This document shows, piece by piece, positions 30,291-39,203 of a stretch of DNA of 64,000 nt. Source of the stretch: Dehalococcoidia bacterium (GTDB lineage: Bacteria > Chloroflexota > Dehalococcoidia > SM23-28-2 > HRBIN24); assembly GCA_035574155.1 (NCBI GenBank), contig DATLZD010000075.1, positions 5 to 64,004 on the forward strand, in the 5' to 3' direction. The notes beneath the pieces are model-generated. The model had not been told where the DNA came from. It made no database searches and was given only the letters and a program-made list of their open reading frames with translations. The position numbers were made by a program, and so were the translations under genes. The stretch's first letter is position 1. Every line of letters starts with the position of its first letter.

Positions 30291-31964
30291 CTACAGGAAC
30301 CCTCCCCGCACGGAGCCGGCGATGGCCACGTCTATCAGTCGCGGCTCCTGGGCCTGCTGGGCCTCCCGTACGGCTGGCCCAATGTCCTGCGGGTCTTCCA
30401 GCCTCACCCCCTTCACGCCGAAGGCCCTGGCCAGGGCCACGAAGTCCACCTCGGGGTCGGTCAGGTCCATGGCCACAAAGGCCCGCCCCGCCGCCCCCTC
30501 TCCCAGATATTCCAGCATGTTGAGCTTGAGGATGCGGTAGCTGGCGTTGTTGGCGATGACCCAGGTGACCGGCACGCCATGGTGGGCTGCCGTCCACAGG
30601 GCCTGTATGGTGTAAAGGGCGGAGCCATCGCCCACCACCGCCAGCACCGGCCGCTCTGGACAGGCCAGCTTGAGGCCGATGGGCGCCGGCATGCCAGGCC
30701 CCAGCCCACCGCCAGCAGCCCGGAAGTGTTGTCCCGGCCCCAGCGACAGGTGGCGTCCCAGCTGTCCACCGACGGTGATGGACTCGTCGTAGAGCAGGGT
30801 CTCGGGGTGCAGGGCTCGGGCCAGCTCGTAGGCGAAGCGGGCCGGCGGCATGGGCCGCTCGTCCCAGCGTTGGCGGGCGCTGGCGTCCATGGCCTGGGCC
30901 ATGGCCTGGCGCAGGGAGGCCACCGCCTCCCGCCGCCGTTGGGCCGCCTCCCTCTGGCCCGGCGTCAGCCGCCTGGCCACCGCCTCCGCCAGCTCCTGCA
31001 GCGCCTGGGCTGGGTCGGCCAGGATGGCCAGGTGCACGGGCCAGTTCTTCCCCAGCTCCCAGGGGTCCAGGTCGATCTGGACCACGCGGCAGCCGGCGGG
31101 GAAGGGGTTCTCAGGGATGGGGAAGAGCCCGCGGAAGACTGGGGTCCCCACCGCCAGCACCAGGTCGGCCGCCGAGAGCTGGGCCTTGAGCCCCGCCGCC
31201 GATACCACGTTGAGGGGGCCGGCGTACAGGGGGTGGTCGGCGCCCACCGGCCCCACGGCACCGAAGGAGACGTGGAGCCGAGCCCCCACCATATCCGCCA
31301 GGGCAGCCAACTGGCGATGGGCATGGGCGGCCCCCGCCCCCGCCACCACCACGGGCGACTGGGCCTCCGCCAGCCACTGGGCAGCCTCCTCCACCGCCTC
31401 CCGCTCGGGGCGGACCGCCGTGCGGGCGTAGCTGGGGGGCGCCACCTCGGCCTCGGCCTCCTCGTCCATGACGTTGGTGGGCACCGACAGCAGCACCGGC
31501 CCCTGGGGCGGGGCCATCGCCACCTGGAAGGCCCTGCGCAACAGCATGGGCAGGTCGGCGGCGTCCTGGACCTCGACCGCCCACTTGGTGACGCTGCGGG
31601 CCATGCCCACCACGTCGCCCCAGAGGATGGGCTCCTGCTGGCCCCCCCGCTGCGGGTGCTGGCCCACGTAGACCACCATGGGGGCCCTCGTCCAGTAGGC
31701 GTTGTAGAGCATGCCCATGGCGTTGCCCAGCCCAGGGGTGATGTGCAGCTGCACGAAGGCGGGCACCGGCGACAGCCGGGAGTAGCCGTCAGCTATTCCC
31801 ACGGCCACGCCCTCGTGCAGGGCCAGCACGTATTGCAGCTGCGGGTAGTCGTTGAGGGCGTCCATGAAGGCCTGTTCGGTGGTGCCGGGGTTCCCGAAGA
31901 CGTGGCGGACGCCTGCCGCCAGCATCTGCTCCAGCATGAGGTAGCGGCCTTGCCTGCGGGACAC
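30291..31964 (-). CDS. ThDP-dependent enzyme (benzoylformate decarboxylase-like)
   Basis: FGNPGTTE, LHEGVA, GDGSALY...NNASY ThDP motif. Confidence 0.88.
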   Translation of the reverse strand: MSRRQGRYLMLEQMLAAGVRHVFGNPGTTEQAFMDALNDYPQLQYVLALHEGVAVGIADGYSRLSPVPAFVQLHITPGLGNAMGMLYNAYWTRAPMVVYVGQHPQRGGQQEPILWGDVVGMARSVTKWAVEVQDAADLPMLLRRAFQVAMAPPQGPVLLSVPTNVMDEEAEAEVAPPSYARTAVRPEREAVEEAAQWLAEAQSPVVVAGAGAAHAHRQLAALADMVGARLHVSFGAVGPVGADHPLYAGPLNVVSAAGLKAQLSAADLVLAVGTPVFRGLFPIPENPFPAGCRVVQIDLDPWELGKNWPVHLAILADPAQALQELAEAVARRLTPGQREAAQRRREAVASLRQAMAQAMDASARQRWDERPMPPARFAYELARALHPETLLYDESITVGGQLGRHLSLGPGQHFRAAGGGLGPGMPAPIGLKLACPERPVLAVVGDGSALYTIQALWTAAHHGVPVTWVIANNASYRILKLNMLEYLGEGAAGRAFVAMDLTDPEVDFVALARAFGVKGVRLEDPQDIGPAVREAQQAQEPRLIDVAIAGSVRGGFL

Positions 31965-32127
31965 CGCCTCGACCCTCGGCGCCGACTGCAGCAGGCCTAT
32001 AGTATCATCCGCCGTCGGCCCCCGTCACGGCACGGGGCGGCCGGGACAGGGCGCCTGGGCACCATCCATGGCCCGGGGCCCGCTGGCAGGGGCCGCTCTG
32101 GACGCCTGGGGGCAGGCCTCGAGGCCC

Positions 32128-32159
32128 CTGCCCGCTACGGGCCTAGCGGTAGCGGGCAG
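32128..32159. repeat. 11-bp inverted repeat downstream of tRNA-Glu
   Basis: CTGCCCGCTAC-N10-GTAGCGGGCAG. Confidence 0.6.
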
Positions 32160-32248
32160 CTGTCGGCGTTCAGGGACCCCCGGTGGCCATGGCGGCCTGT
32201 GGCCACCCACGGGACAGTGGCTAGGGGCCGCCGTGAAGGCGGAGGAAG

Positions 32249-32325
32249 TGGTGGCGCCTGCGGGATTCGAACCCGCGATCTCCGCCTTGAGAGGGCGGTG
32301 TCCTGGGCCACTAGACGAAGGCGCC
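32249..32325 (-). tRNA. tRNA-Glu(CTC)
   Basis: GGCGCCT/AGGCGCC stem, CCGCC-CTCTCAA-GGCGG, CCA. Confidence 0.96.
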
Positions 32326-32331
32326 ACTCAT

Positions 32332-32406
32332 TGGCTGCGGGGCTAGGATTCGAACCTAGAACCTCCTGGTCCAGAGCCAGGCGTGCTACCGTTACACCAC
32401 CCCGCA
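32332..32406 (-). tRNA. tRNA-Gln(CTG)
   Basis: TGCGGGG/CCCCGCA stem, CCTGG-CTCTGGA-CCAGG, CCA. Confidence 0.96.
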
Positions 32407-32466
32407 GCGCCAAGACCGATTTTAACAGCCCGCCCCCGCTAGCTGCAAAGGGGAGCCCTGGCGGCC

Positions 32467-32706
32467 TTAGCTCACGTGGGGATGGCTATGGTCGTGGATG
32501 TGGCCCTCGTGCTCGTGCTCCCGCTGCGGGTTCTCATGGGGCGCGTGGGAATGGGTCACCGCAGGATGGTTGTGTTCATGGGTGTGGGTCGCCACCAGGT
32601 GCTCCACCTCGCCACCGATGCCGCCCTTCACATGGTGCACTATGTGCACGTGCTGGTGGCTGTGGACCATCTCCTCGTGGCTGTGCTCCTGGAACCCGCT
32701 GGTCAT
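32467..32706 (-). CDS. Very His-rich small protein (23 His in 79 aa)
   Basis: GAGGAGG RBS; extended -10 TGCTAAAAT upstream; HxH repeats throughout. Confidence 0.8.
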   Translation of the reverse strand: MTSGFQEHSHEEMVHSHQHVHIVHHVKGGIGGEVEHLVATHTHEHNHPAVTHSHAPHENPQREHEHEGHIHDHSHPHVS

Positions 32707-32759
32707 GGCCGCCCCACCTCCTCGACGCTCTACTCATTTTAGCAAGGGGACGCTCGCTC

Positions 32760-34235
32760 CTAGGCCTCCCTCCGCAATTTCGAGAGGGCCTCCTCCAGCC
32801 GTGGCAGCGTCCTCTCCCTCCCCAGCAGCTCCATGCTCTGGAAGAGGGGCGGCGAGACGGTCCGGCCCGTCACCGCCACCCGCAGCAGCATGAACAGGTC
32901 GCCCGTCTTCAGGCCCAGCTCCTGGGCCAAGGGCCGCAGGGTGCCCTCCAGGGCCTCCGCTGTCCAGTCGGGCAGGGCCTGCAGCCTCAACAGGGCAGCC
33001 TCCAGCGCCCGCGCCGCTTCCTGGGGAGAGGAGGCGAAGCGCTTCCCCAGCAAGTCCGCCAGGGACGGCTCCACCCGTTCGGCGAAGAGGAAGGCGGCCA
33101 TCTCCACCGCCTCGGCCAGGGTGCGGATCCGCTCCTGCAGCAGGGGCACCGCCCGCAACAGAAGGCCCTGGTCCACCTGCCCGAAACGGCGCTGGAAGTA
33201 GGGCAGGAGGCGACGGGCCAGCTCCTCCGGCGGGAGGGAGCGGATATAGACGCCGTTCATCCAGTCCAGCTTCTCCTGGTTGAAGATGGCCGGACTGGCC
33301 GACACGCGGTCCAGGTCGAAGTGGCGCACGAAGGTCTCCCGGTCTATGACCTCGGTGTGGTCATCGAGGGACCACCCCAGCAGGCCCAGGAAGTTGAACA
33401 GGGCCTCGGGTAGGTAGCCCTTCTCCCGCAGCTCCCGCACCGACATGTCCCCGTGACGCTTGGAGAGCTTGGACCGGTCGGGTCCCAGGATCATGGGCAG
33501 GTGGGCGAAGCTCGGTGGCTCCCAGCCGAAGGCGTCGTAGAGCAAGACGTGGCGGGGCGTGGAGGGGATCCACTCCTCGCCCCTCAGCACATGGGTGATG
33601 CGCATGTAGTGATCGTCCACCACGCTGGCCAGGTGGTAGACCGGGTAGCCGTCGGACTTCAACAGCACGAAGTCGTCCAGGGTGTCATTGCGCACGGTGA
33701 TGTGGCCCCGGATCAGGTCGCGGAAGGCGGTCTCCCCCCAGAGGGGCGTGCGGAAGCGGACCACGGGCGTTATGCCCTGGGCCTCCATCTCCCTGCGCTC
33801 CCCGTCCGTCAGGTCGCGGCAGCGGCGGTCGTAGCGCGGCGGCTGGCGTCGGGCCATCTGCTCCTGGCGGACCCGCTCCAGCCGCTCGGGCGAGCAGTAG
33901 CAGTAGTAAGCGTGGCCCGCCTCCACCAGCCTGCGCGCCTCCCGCTGGTAGAGGTCGAGGCGTCGGGACTGGACGTAGGGACCGTAGGGGCCGACGTCAC
34001 GCGACGGGTCTTGCGGGTCGGGTCCCTCGTCCCACTCCAGGCCCAGCCACAGCAGGGCATCCATGATGGCCTCCACCGCTCCGGGGACCAGGCGCTCACG
34101 GTCCGTGTCCTCGATGCGCAGGACGAAGGCGCCGCCGTGGTGCCTGGCGAACAGCCAGTTGAACAGGGCGGTGCGCAGGTTGCCCACGTGAGGCTCCCCC
34201 GTGGGGGAGGGAGGGAAGCGGACGCGGACGCTCAT
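32760..34235 (-). CDS. gltX: Glutamate--tRNA ligase
   Basis: RFPPSPTG, HVGN (HIGH), LRIEDTD, CYC zinc region, KLSKR; next to tRNA-Gln/Glu. Confidence 0.96.
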   Translation of the reverse strand: MSVRVRFPPSPTGEPHVGNLRTALFNWLFARHHGGAFVLRIEDTDRERLVPGAVEAIMDALLWLGLEWDEGPDPQDPSRDVGPYGPYVQSRRLDLYQREARRLVEAGHAYYCYCSPERLERVRQEQMARRQPPRYDRRCRDLTDGERREMEAQGITPVVRFRTPLWGETAFRDLIRGHITVRNDTLDDFVLLKSDGYPVYHLASVVDDHYMRITHVLRGEEWIPSTPRHVLLYDAFGWEPPSFAHLPMILGPDRSKLSKRHGDMSVRELREKGYLPEALFNFLGLLGWSLDDHTEVIDRETFVRHFDLDRVSASPAIFNQEKLDWMNGVYIRSLPPEELARRLLPYFQRRFGQVDQGLLLRAVPLLQERIRTLAEAVEMAAFLFAERVEPSLADLLGKRFASSPQEAARALEAALLRLQALPDWTAEALEGTLRPLAQELGLKTGDLFMLLRVAVTGRTVSPPLFQSMELLGRERTLPRLEEALSKLRREA

Positions 34236-34346
34236 GCCTCTGCCATTGTAGCAGAGGGCCCCCGACCCAGCGTTGCCCGTCCCCATGGAGGCAGGTAAGG
34301 CAACGAGGGGACCGTAGTCCCCGCCGCGGGTGGGAGGATGTGGGGG

Positions 34347-34396
34347 TTGACGCCGACGCCCCCGACAGCTATAAGTGATAGTCAGATTTTGACTAT
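34347..34396 (+). promoter_or_regulatory. Promoter and operator of the PadR-modABC operon
   Basis: TTGACG-N17-TATAAG, then perfect ATAGTCA-N5-TGACTAT (34378-34396) overlapping the ATG. Confidence 0.65.
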
Positions 34397-34979
34397 GCGC
34401 CCCAACACCGACGCCGAATACGCCGTCCTGGGCCTGCTGGCCCAGGCGCCTCGCCACGGCTACGCCATCGCCAGGCAACTGGGGCCGTCAGCCCCCCTGG
34501 GCCAGGTGTGGCGCCTGCGCCGCAACGAGGTCTACGCCATCCTCGCCAAGTTGGAGGCCCAGGGCTGGGTGCAAAAGGAGGGGCCGGCCCAGGGGCCACG
34601 CCGTCGCGCCGTCTTCCGCCTCACGCCTCGGGGCGAGGCCGCCTTGCGCGAGTGGCTGTGGCGCCCCGTCCAAGGGCTGCGGGACATGCGCCTGGGCCTC
34701 CTGGGGCGCCTATACTTCGCCCGGATCCTGGCCCCAGAGGAGCAGGGCCCTCTGCTGCAGGCCCAGGCCGCTGCCCTGGGGCGTCGCTTGGCCGCCTGGC
34801 GGGAGGCCTACGACCGGGCCCAGGACCCCTTCGCCCGCTCCGTCTTCGACTTTCGCGCTGCCATGACCGAGGCCGCCCTTCAATGGCTGCAACGCTACAT
34901 GTCAGGGGGTGTCCATGAGCCGAGTACCGGTCCTGCTGCTCCTGCTCCCGCTCCTCGCCCTGACCGCCTGCGGCGCTGA
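34395..34979 (+). CDS. PadR-family transcriptional regulator
   Basis: YAVLGLLAQAPRHGYAI, VY.IL.KLE..GWV, RR..FRLTPRG; Vir_act_alpha_C-like C-terminal helices. Confidence 0.88.
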   Translation: MRPNTDAEYAVLGLLAQAPRHGYAIARQLGPSAPLGQVWRLRRNEVYAILAKLEAQGWVQKEGPAQGPRRRAVFRLTPRGEAALREWLWRPVQGLRDMRLGLLGRLYFARILAPEEQGPLLQAQAAALGRRLAAWREAYDRAQDPFARSVFDFRAAMTEAALQWLQRYMSGGVHEPSTGPAAPAPAPRPDRLRR

Positions 34980-35715
34980 CCAGGAGGAGGCTGCGGCCCC
35001 TGGCGCTCAGGACGGCCAGACTACCCTGCTGGTCTCGGCGGCGGCCAACCTGGCCGATGTGCTGCCTCCCCTGCTGGACGCCTTCCGCGACCGGACGGGC
35101 ATCCAGGCCCAGGTAAATTACGGCAACACTGCCCAGCTGGCGGCCCAGATCGAACGGGGGGCACCGGTAGACCTCTTCCTGGCCGCCGACCGGCAGCACG
35201 TGGAGACCCTGGCTGCCAAGGGGCTGGTCCTGCCCGACACGGTGCGGGTCTACGCCCGGGGCAAGCTGGTGCTGTGGACGCGGGAGGGCTCGGGCCTCGC
35301 CTTGGGCTCCCTGATGGACCTGACCTCCGCCCGCATCGGCCGTATCGCCATCGCCAACCCTGATCAGGCGCCCTACGGTGCCGCTGCCCGCCAGGCCCTG
35401 CAGCGCCTGGGGCTGTGGGAGGCCCTGCAGCCCAAGCTGGTCATCGCTGAGAACATCCAGCAGGCCCTCCAGTATGCCCGCTCGGGCAATGCCGACGTGG
35501 CCTTCACCGCCCTCTCCCTAGTCCTGAACGAGGGAGGGGCCAGGCTGGAGGTCCCCACCGACCTTTACGACCCCATCGACCAGGCCCTGGCGGTGGTGAG
35601 GGGGACGCCGCGGGAGGCGGCTGCCCGCCGCCTGGCCGACTTCCTGGCCAGCTCCGAGGCGGCCACCGTGTGGCAACGGTTCGGCTACGACCTGCCCGCC
35701 CTGGTGAGCAGGTAG
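34915..35715 (+). CDS. modA: Molybdate ABC transporter binding lipoprotein
   Basis: Lipobox LTAC, SAAANL, GAPVDLF, IANPDQAPYG.AA, ENIQQA. Confidence 0.88.
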   Translation: MSRVPVLLLLLPLLALTACGADQEEAAAPGAQDGQTTLLVSAAANLADVLPPLLDAFRDRTGIQAQVNYGNTAQLAAQIERGAPVDLFLAADRQHVETLAAKGLVLPDTVRVYARGKLVLWTREGSGLALGSLMDLTSARIGRIAIANPDQAPYGAAARQALQRLGLWEALQPKLVIAENIQQALQYARSGNADVAFTALSLVLNEGGARLEVPTDLYDPIDQALAVVRGTPREAAARRLADFLASSEAATVWQRFGYDLPALVSR

Positions 35716-35716
35716 C

Positions 35717-36361
35717 GTGCTCTCGGCCCTGCTGGTCTCCCTGAAGGTGGTGGGGGTGGCCACCTTGGTCATCGGGGTGGTCGGCACCCTCCTCGCCCTG
35801 CTGCTGGCCCGTGCCCGTTTTCCCGGGCGGACGGCGCTGGAGCTGTTGCTGACGCTGCCGCTGGTGCTTCCGCCCACGGTGGTGGGCTTCTTCCTGCTCT
35901 ACGTCCTCGGCCGTGGCAGCCCCCTGCGCGACTGGTTGGGGCTGGACCTCCTCTTCACATGGCAGGGGGCAGCGGTGGCCGCCTCGGTGGTGGGGCTGCC
36001 GCTGATGCTGCAATCGGCCCGGGCGGCTATCGCCGCCGTGGACCCCGAGCTGGAGGACGCAGCCCGCACCCTGGGCCGCTCCGAGCCGGAAATACTCCTG
36101 CGGGTGACCCTGCCCCTGGCCCACCGGGGGATCCTGGCCGGCCTCTTCCTGGGAGCGGCCCGTGCCCTGGGCGAGTTCGGCGCTACGCTGATGGTGGCAG
36201 GCAACATCCCCGACCGCACCCGCACACTGCCCATGGTGGTCTACGACGCCGCCCTCAACGGCGACCTGGCCCTGGCCGCCCAGACCTCGGCCCTGCTGAG
36301 CGGCATCGCCTTCATTGCCCTGGCCCTGACCCGCCGTCTGGAGCAGCCCGCCCGTCGCTGA
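35717..36361 (+). CDS. modB: Molybdate ABC transporter permease
   Basis: LPLVLPPTVVG, EAA loop, ARALGEFGAT, TRTLP. Confidence 0.9.
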   Translation: MLSALLVSLKVVGVATLVIGVVGTLLALLLARARFPGRTALELLLTLPLVLPPTVVGFFLLYVLGRGSPLRDWLGLDLLFTWQGAAVAASVVGLPLMLQSARAAIAAVDPELEDAARTLGRSEPEILLRVTLPLAHRGILAGLFLGAARALGEFGATLMVAGNIPDRTRTLPMVVYDAALNGDLALAAQTSALLSGIAFIALALTRRLEQPARR

Positions 36362-36363
36362 CG

Positions 36364-37500
36364 ATGGACCCGCGCCTGGTCGTCGACATAGAGAAGCGCT
36401 ACCCGGGCTTCCGCCTGCAGGTGCAGCTCGCGGTGGGGACAGAGGTGCTGGTGCTCTACGGGCCTTCAGGGGCCGGCAAGACCCAGACCCTGCGGGCCAT
36501 TGCGGGGCTGGTGCGTCCCGACCGAGGCGAGATCTGGCTGGACGGTCGCCCGCTGTTCCGCTGCGATGGGGGCCGCCGGCCGCTGAACGTGCCCGCCCAT
36601 AAGCGCCGCATCGGCTACGTCTTCCAGGACTACGCCCTCTTCCCTCACCTGACGGCCCTGGAGAACGTGGCCTTCGGCCTGCGAGGGCCGAGGCGGCGGG
36701 AGGAGGCCCTGAGTTGGCTGCGGCGCATGCGCCTGGAGCACGTGGCCCACCTCTACCCGTCCCAGCTGTCGGGCGGCCAGCGGCAGCGGGTGGCCATCGC
36801 CCGCACCCTGGCCACGGCACCCTCGGTCCTGTTCCTGGACGAGCCCTTCTCGGCCCTGGACTTGGACGCCAAGCGGCGCCTCCAGGAGGAGCTGCGGCAG
36901 CTGCAGCGGGAGCTGGGGCTGCCTGTGGTCTATGTGACCCACAGCCTGGAGGACGCCTTCGCCGTGGGCCACCGTATCGCCGTCATCGCTGACGGAAGGC
37001 TCCAGCAGGTGGGGCCCCTGTCGGAGGTGGTAGCCCACCCTGCCAACTGGCAGGTGGCCCGCGCCTTCGGTCTGCCCAACCTGGTGCGGGCCCGAGTGAG
37101 GCGGGCCAGCGCCGACGGCCTCCACCTGGACTGGGACGGCCAGGAGCTGCTGGCTGCCCCCAGGGAGCTATCGCCAGGGGAGGAGGTCCTGGCCTATATC
37201 CGCCCGGAGGAGGTGCGCTTTATCTATCCCGACCGCCCCCTGTCGGCGGCCGTGCGCCACAACCGCCTGCGAGTGCGGGTGTTGGAGCAGAGGCTCGTTC
37301 GGGATGCCCGCCTGGTGCGGGTACGCACGGCCGGCCCGCCCTGGGCCGAACTGGAGGTCCGCTCGCCCCCCAGCACCTACGCCGACCTGGCCCTGGTGCC
37401 CGACAGCGAGCTGGAGGTGGCCATCCGCCCCTCGGGCATCGTGGTGCTGGAGGCCCTGGCTCAGGCCGAGGCCAGCGCCGAGGGCTCCAGCCCCTCGTAG
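36364..37500 (+). CDS. modC: Molybdate ABC transporter ATPase with TOBE domain
   Basis: GPSGAGKT, FQDYALFPH, LSGGQRQR, LDEPFSALD. Confidence 0.88.
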   Translation: MDPRLVVDIEKRYPGFRLQVQLAVGTEVLVLYGPSGAGKTQTLRAIAGLVRPDRGEIWLDGRPLFRCDGGRRPLNVPAHKRRIGYVFQDYALFPHLTALENVAFGLRGPRRREEALSWLRRMRLEHVAHLYPSQLSGGQRQRVAIARTLATAPSVLFLDEPFSALDLDAKRRLQEELRQLQRELGLPVVYVTHSLEDAFAVGHRIAVIADGRLQQVGPLSEVVAHPANWQVARAFGLPNLVRARVRRASADGLHLDWDGQELLAAPRELSPGEEVLAYIRPEEVRFIYPDRPLSAAVRHNRLRVRVLEQRLVRDARLVRVRTAGPPWAELEVRSPPSTYADLALVPDSELEVAIRPSGIVVLEALAQAEASAEGSSPS

Positions 37501-39203
37501 CGGACGACGGCCGGAAAGAGTCTCAGCACCGTGCGGTCGTCGTCGATGCCGCCGAGGGGAGCCGACTGCAGCCGTCGGCGAACGAACAGCCCCGCCACCG
37601 CCGCCTTGCGGGCCGAGCCTGGGCCCTGCAGCTCCGCTGCCGCCTCCTCCAGCAGCAGGGACGCCTGGGCCACGTCGGCCAGCAGGGAGGCCAGCCGACG
37701 GGCATGGAGCTGACGCAGCTCCTCGTCGGCCCCCGAGAGGAAGGCTATCGCCTCCCTCGCCTGGGCCAGGGCACCCGCCGCCACCTGCCGTGGCCGCTGC
37801 AGGAGGCTGTGGTCGGCCCGCTCCAGGGCCGTCTCCAGGCGGGCGAAGAGGGCCTCGTGGGCCCCCTCCCGGGCTATGGCCCGCCAGACGTCCAGGGCGA
37901 TGATGTTCTCGGTGCCCTCCCATATGGTGTGGCACTGGGCGTCCCGCAGCTGGCGGGCCATGGGGAAGTTCTCGATGTAGCCGTTGCCACCCATGATCTC
38001 CAGCCCCTGGCTGGCCAGCTCCAGCCCCCGGCGGGCGGCCCGGAACTTGGAGAGGGGCACCAGGATGCGGTAGAGGCGCCTCGAGTCCTCATCGCCGCGG
38101 CGTCCCGAATGGGCATAGGTCTCGAAGACCAGTGCCGCCGCCGCCTCCACCTCCAGAGCCATCTCCACCAGCGTCTCCCTGACCAGGGGCAGGTCATGCA
38201 GGAGGCGGCCGAAGGCGCGGCGATGGGCGGCGTAGATGGCCGCCTCCAGGAAGCTGCGACGCATGATGCCCAGCGCCATGTTGGCTACCCCCAGGCGGGA
38301 GCCGTTGACCATGCTCATCATGCGGTTGAGGCCCCTCGCCTCGGAGGAATCGGCCCTGGGGCTAGAGAGGATATAGGCCTCGGCGTCCACGAAGTCCACC
38401 TCGGCCGTGGGCACCGAGCGCGTCCCCAGCTTGTCCTTGATGCGCTTGATGACGATGCCGTTGCGGGAGCCGTCGGCCCGCAGGGCCGGCACCAGGAAGA
38501 GGGCGATGCCCTTCAGGCCCTCCGGCGCGCCCTCGGGCCGGGCCAGGGTGACGATGGCCCTGGCATCCACGTTGGAGCAGAACCACTTGGAGCCGTTCAG
38601 CAGCCAGCGGTCGCCGTCCACCTGCCGGGCGGTGGTGGCGGTGCGGGAGAGGTCGGAACCGCCCTCCAGCTCGGTCATGAACATGGCCCCGTCCCAGCCC
38701 TGGTCGAAAGAAGGGGCCAGCAGCCGAGGCAGGAAGCGGGCCTTGACCTCGGCCGGCGCGTAGCGGGAGACTAGGTCGGCCACGCCCCCCGTCATGCCGG
38801 TGGCACAGACGAGGCCCGTGTCGGCCTGGCTCAGCATGTAGGTGAAGGCGGCGCCCAGCACCGACGGCACCTCCTCCCCCCGCGCCTGCAGGGCGTGAGG
38901 CCCCTGCTCCCAGACGTCCCGCTTGTTGGCCAGACCGTCCGGGTGGTGTACCACCTGGCACACCTCACGGCCCCAGGGGTCGTAGCGCTCAAGGCGGGGT
39001 GGGCTCTTGTCCACCGTCTCGGACCGCCGGGCGATGGTGCCGCCCACCAGCTCACCCCAGCGCACCAGGTGCACCTCTGCCCACTCCCGCCGCTCCTGCG
39101 GCAGGTGGCGGTCCATCAGGAAGCGCAGGTTGGGGTCCACTAGGTACCAGTTGAGGCCGATGGCCGACTCGAAGTCCTCGTAGCGGACGGGACCGTAGCT
39201 CAT
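37461..39203 (-). CDS. Acyl-CoA dehydrogenase, AidB-like
   Basis: MFMTELEGGSD, KWFCSN, KDKLGTRSVPTAE, IWEGTENI. Confidence 0.88.
   Translation of the reverse strand: MSYGPVRYEDFESAIGLNWYLVDPNLRFLMDRHLPQERREWAEVHLVRWGELVGGTIARRSETVDKSPPRLERYDPWGREVCQVVHHPDGLANKRDVWEQGPHALQARGEEVPSVLGAAFTYMLSQADTGLVCATGMTGGVADLVSRYAPAEVKARFLPRLLAPSFDQGWDGAMFMTELEGGSDLSRTATTARQVDGDRWLLNGSKWFCSNVDARAIVTLARPEGAPEGLKGIALFLVPALRADGSRNGIVIKRIKDKLGTRSVPTAEVDFVDAEAYILSSPRADSSEARGLNRMMSMVNGSRLGVANMALGIMRRSFLEAAIYAAHRRAFGRLLHDLPLVRETLVEMALEVEAAAALVFETYAHSGRRGDEDSRRLYRILVPLSKFRAARRGLELASQGLEIMGGNGYIENFPMARQLRDAQCHTIWEGTENIIALDVWRAIAREGAHEALFARLETALERADHSLLQRPRQVAAGALAQAREAIAFLSGADEELRQLHARRLASLLADVAQASLLLEEAAAELQGPGSARKAAVAGLFVRRRLQSAPLGGIDDDRTVLRLFPAVVRYEGLEPSALASA

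Noticed and set aside
30204-33413. Very long antisense ORFs (1069 aa here; also 9915-12080, 46786-48711, 54400-56007 and others)
   Set aside because: Shadow frames opposite real genes or tRNAs, expected in high-GC DNA with few stop codons; no recognisable motifs
34378-34396. PadR-promoter palindrome as a second NrtR site
   Set aside because: Core spacing (GT-N9-AC) differs from the GT-N7-AC site at nadA, and its position over the PadR start favours autoregulation
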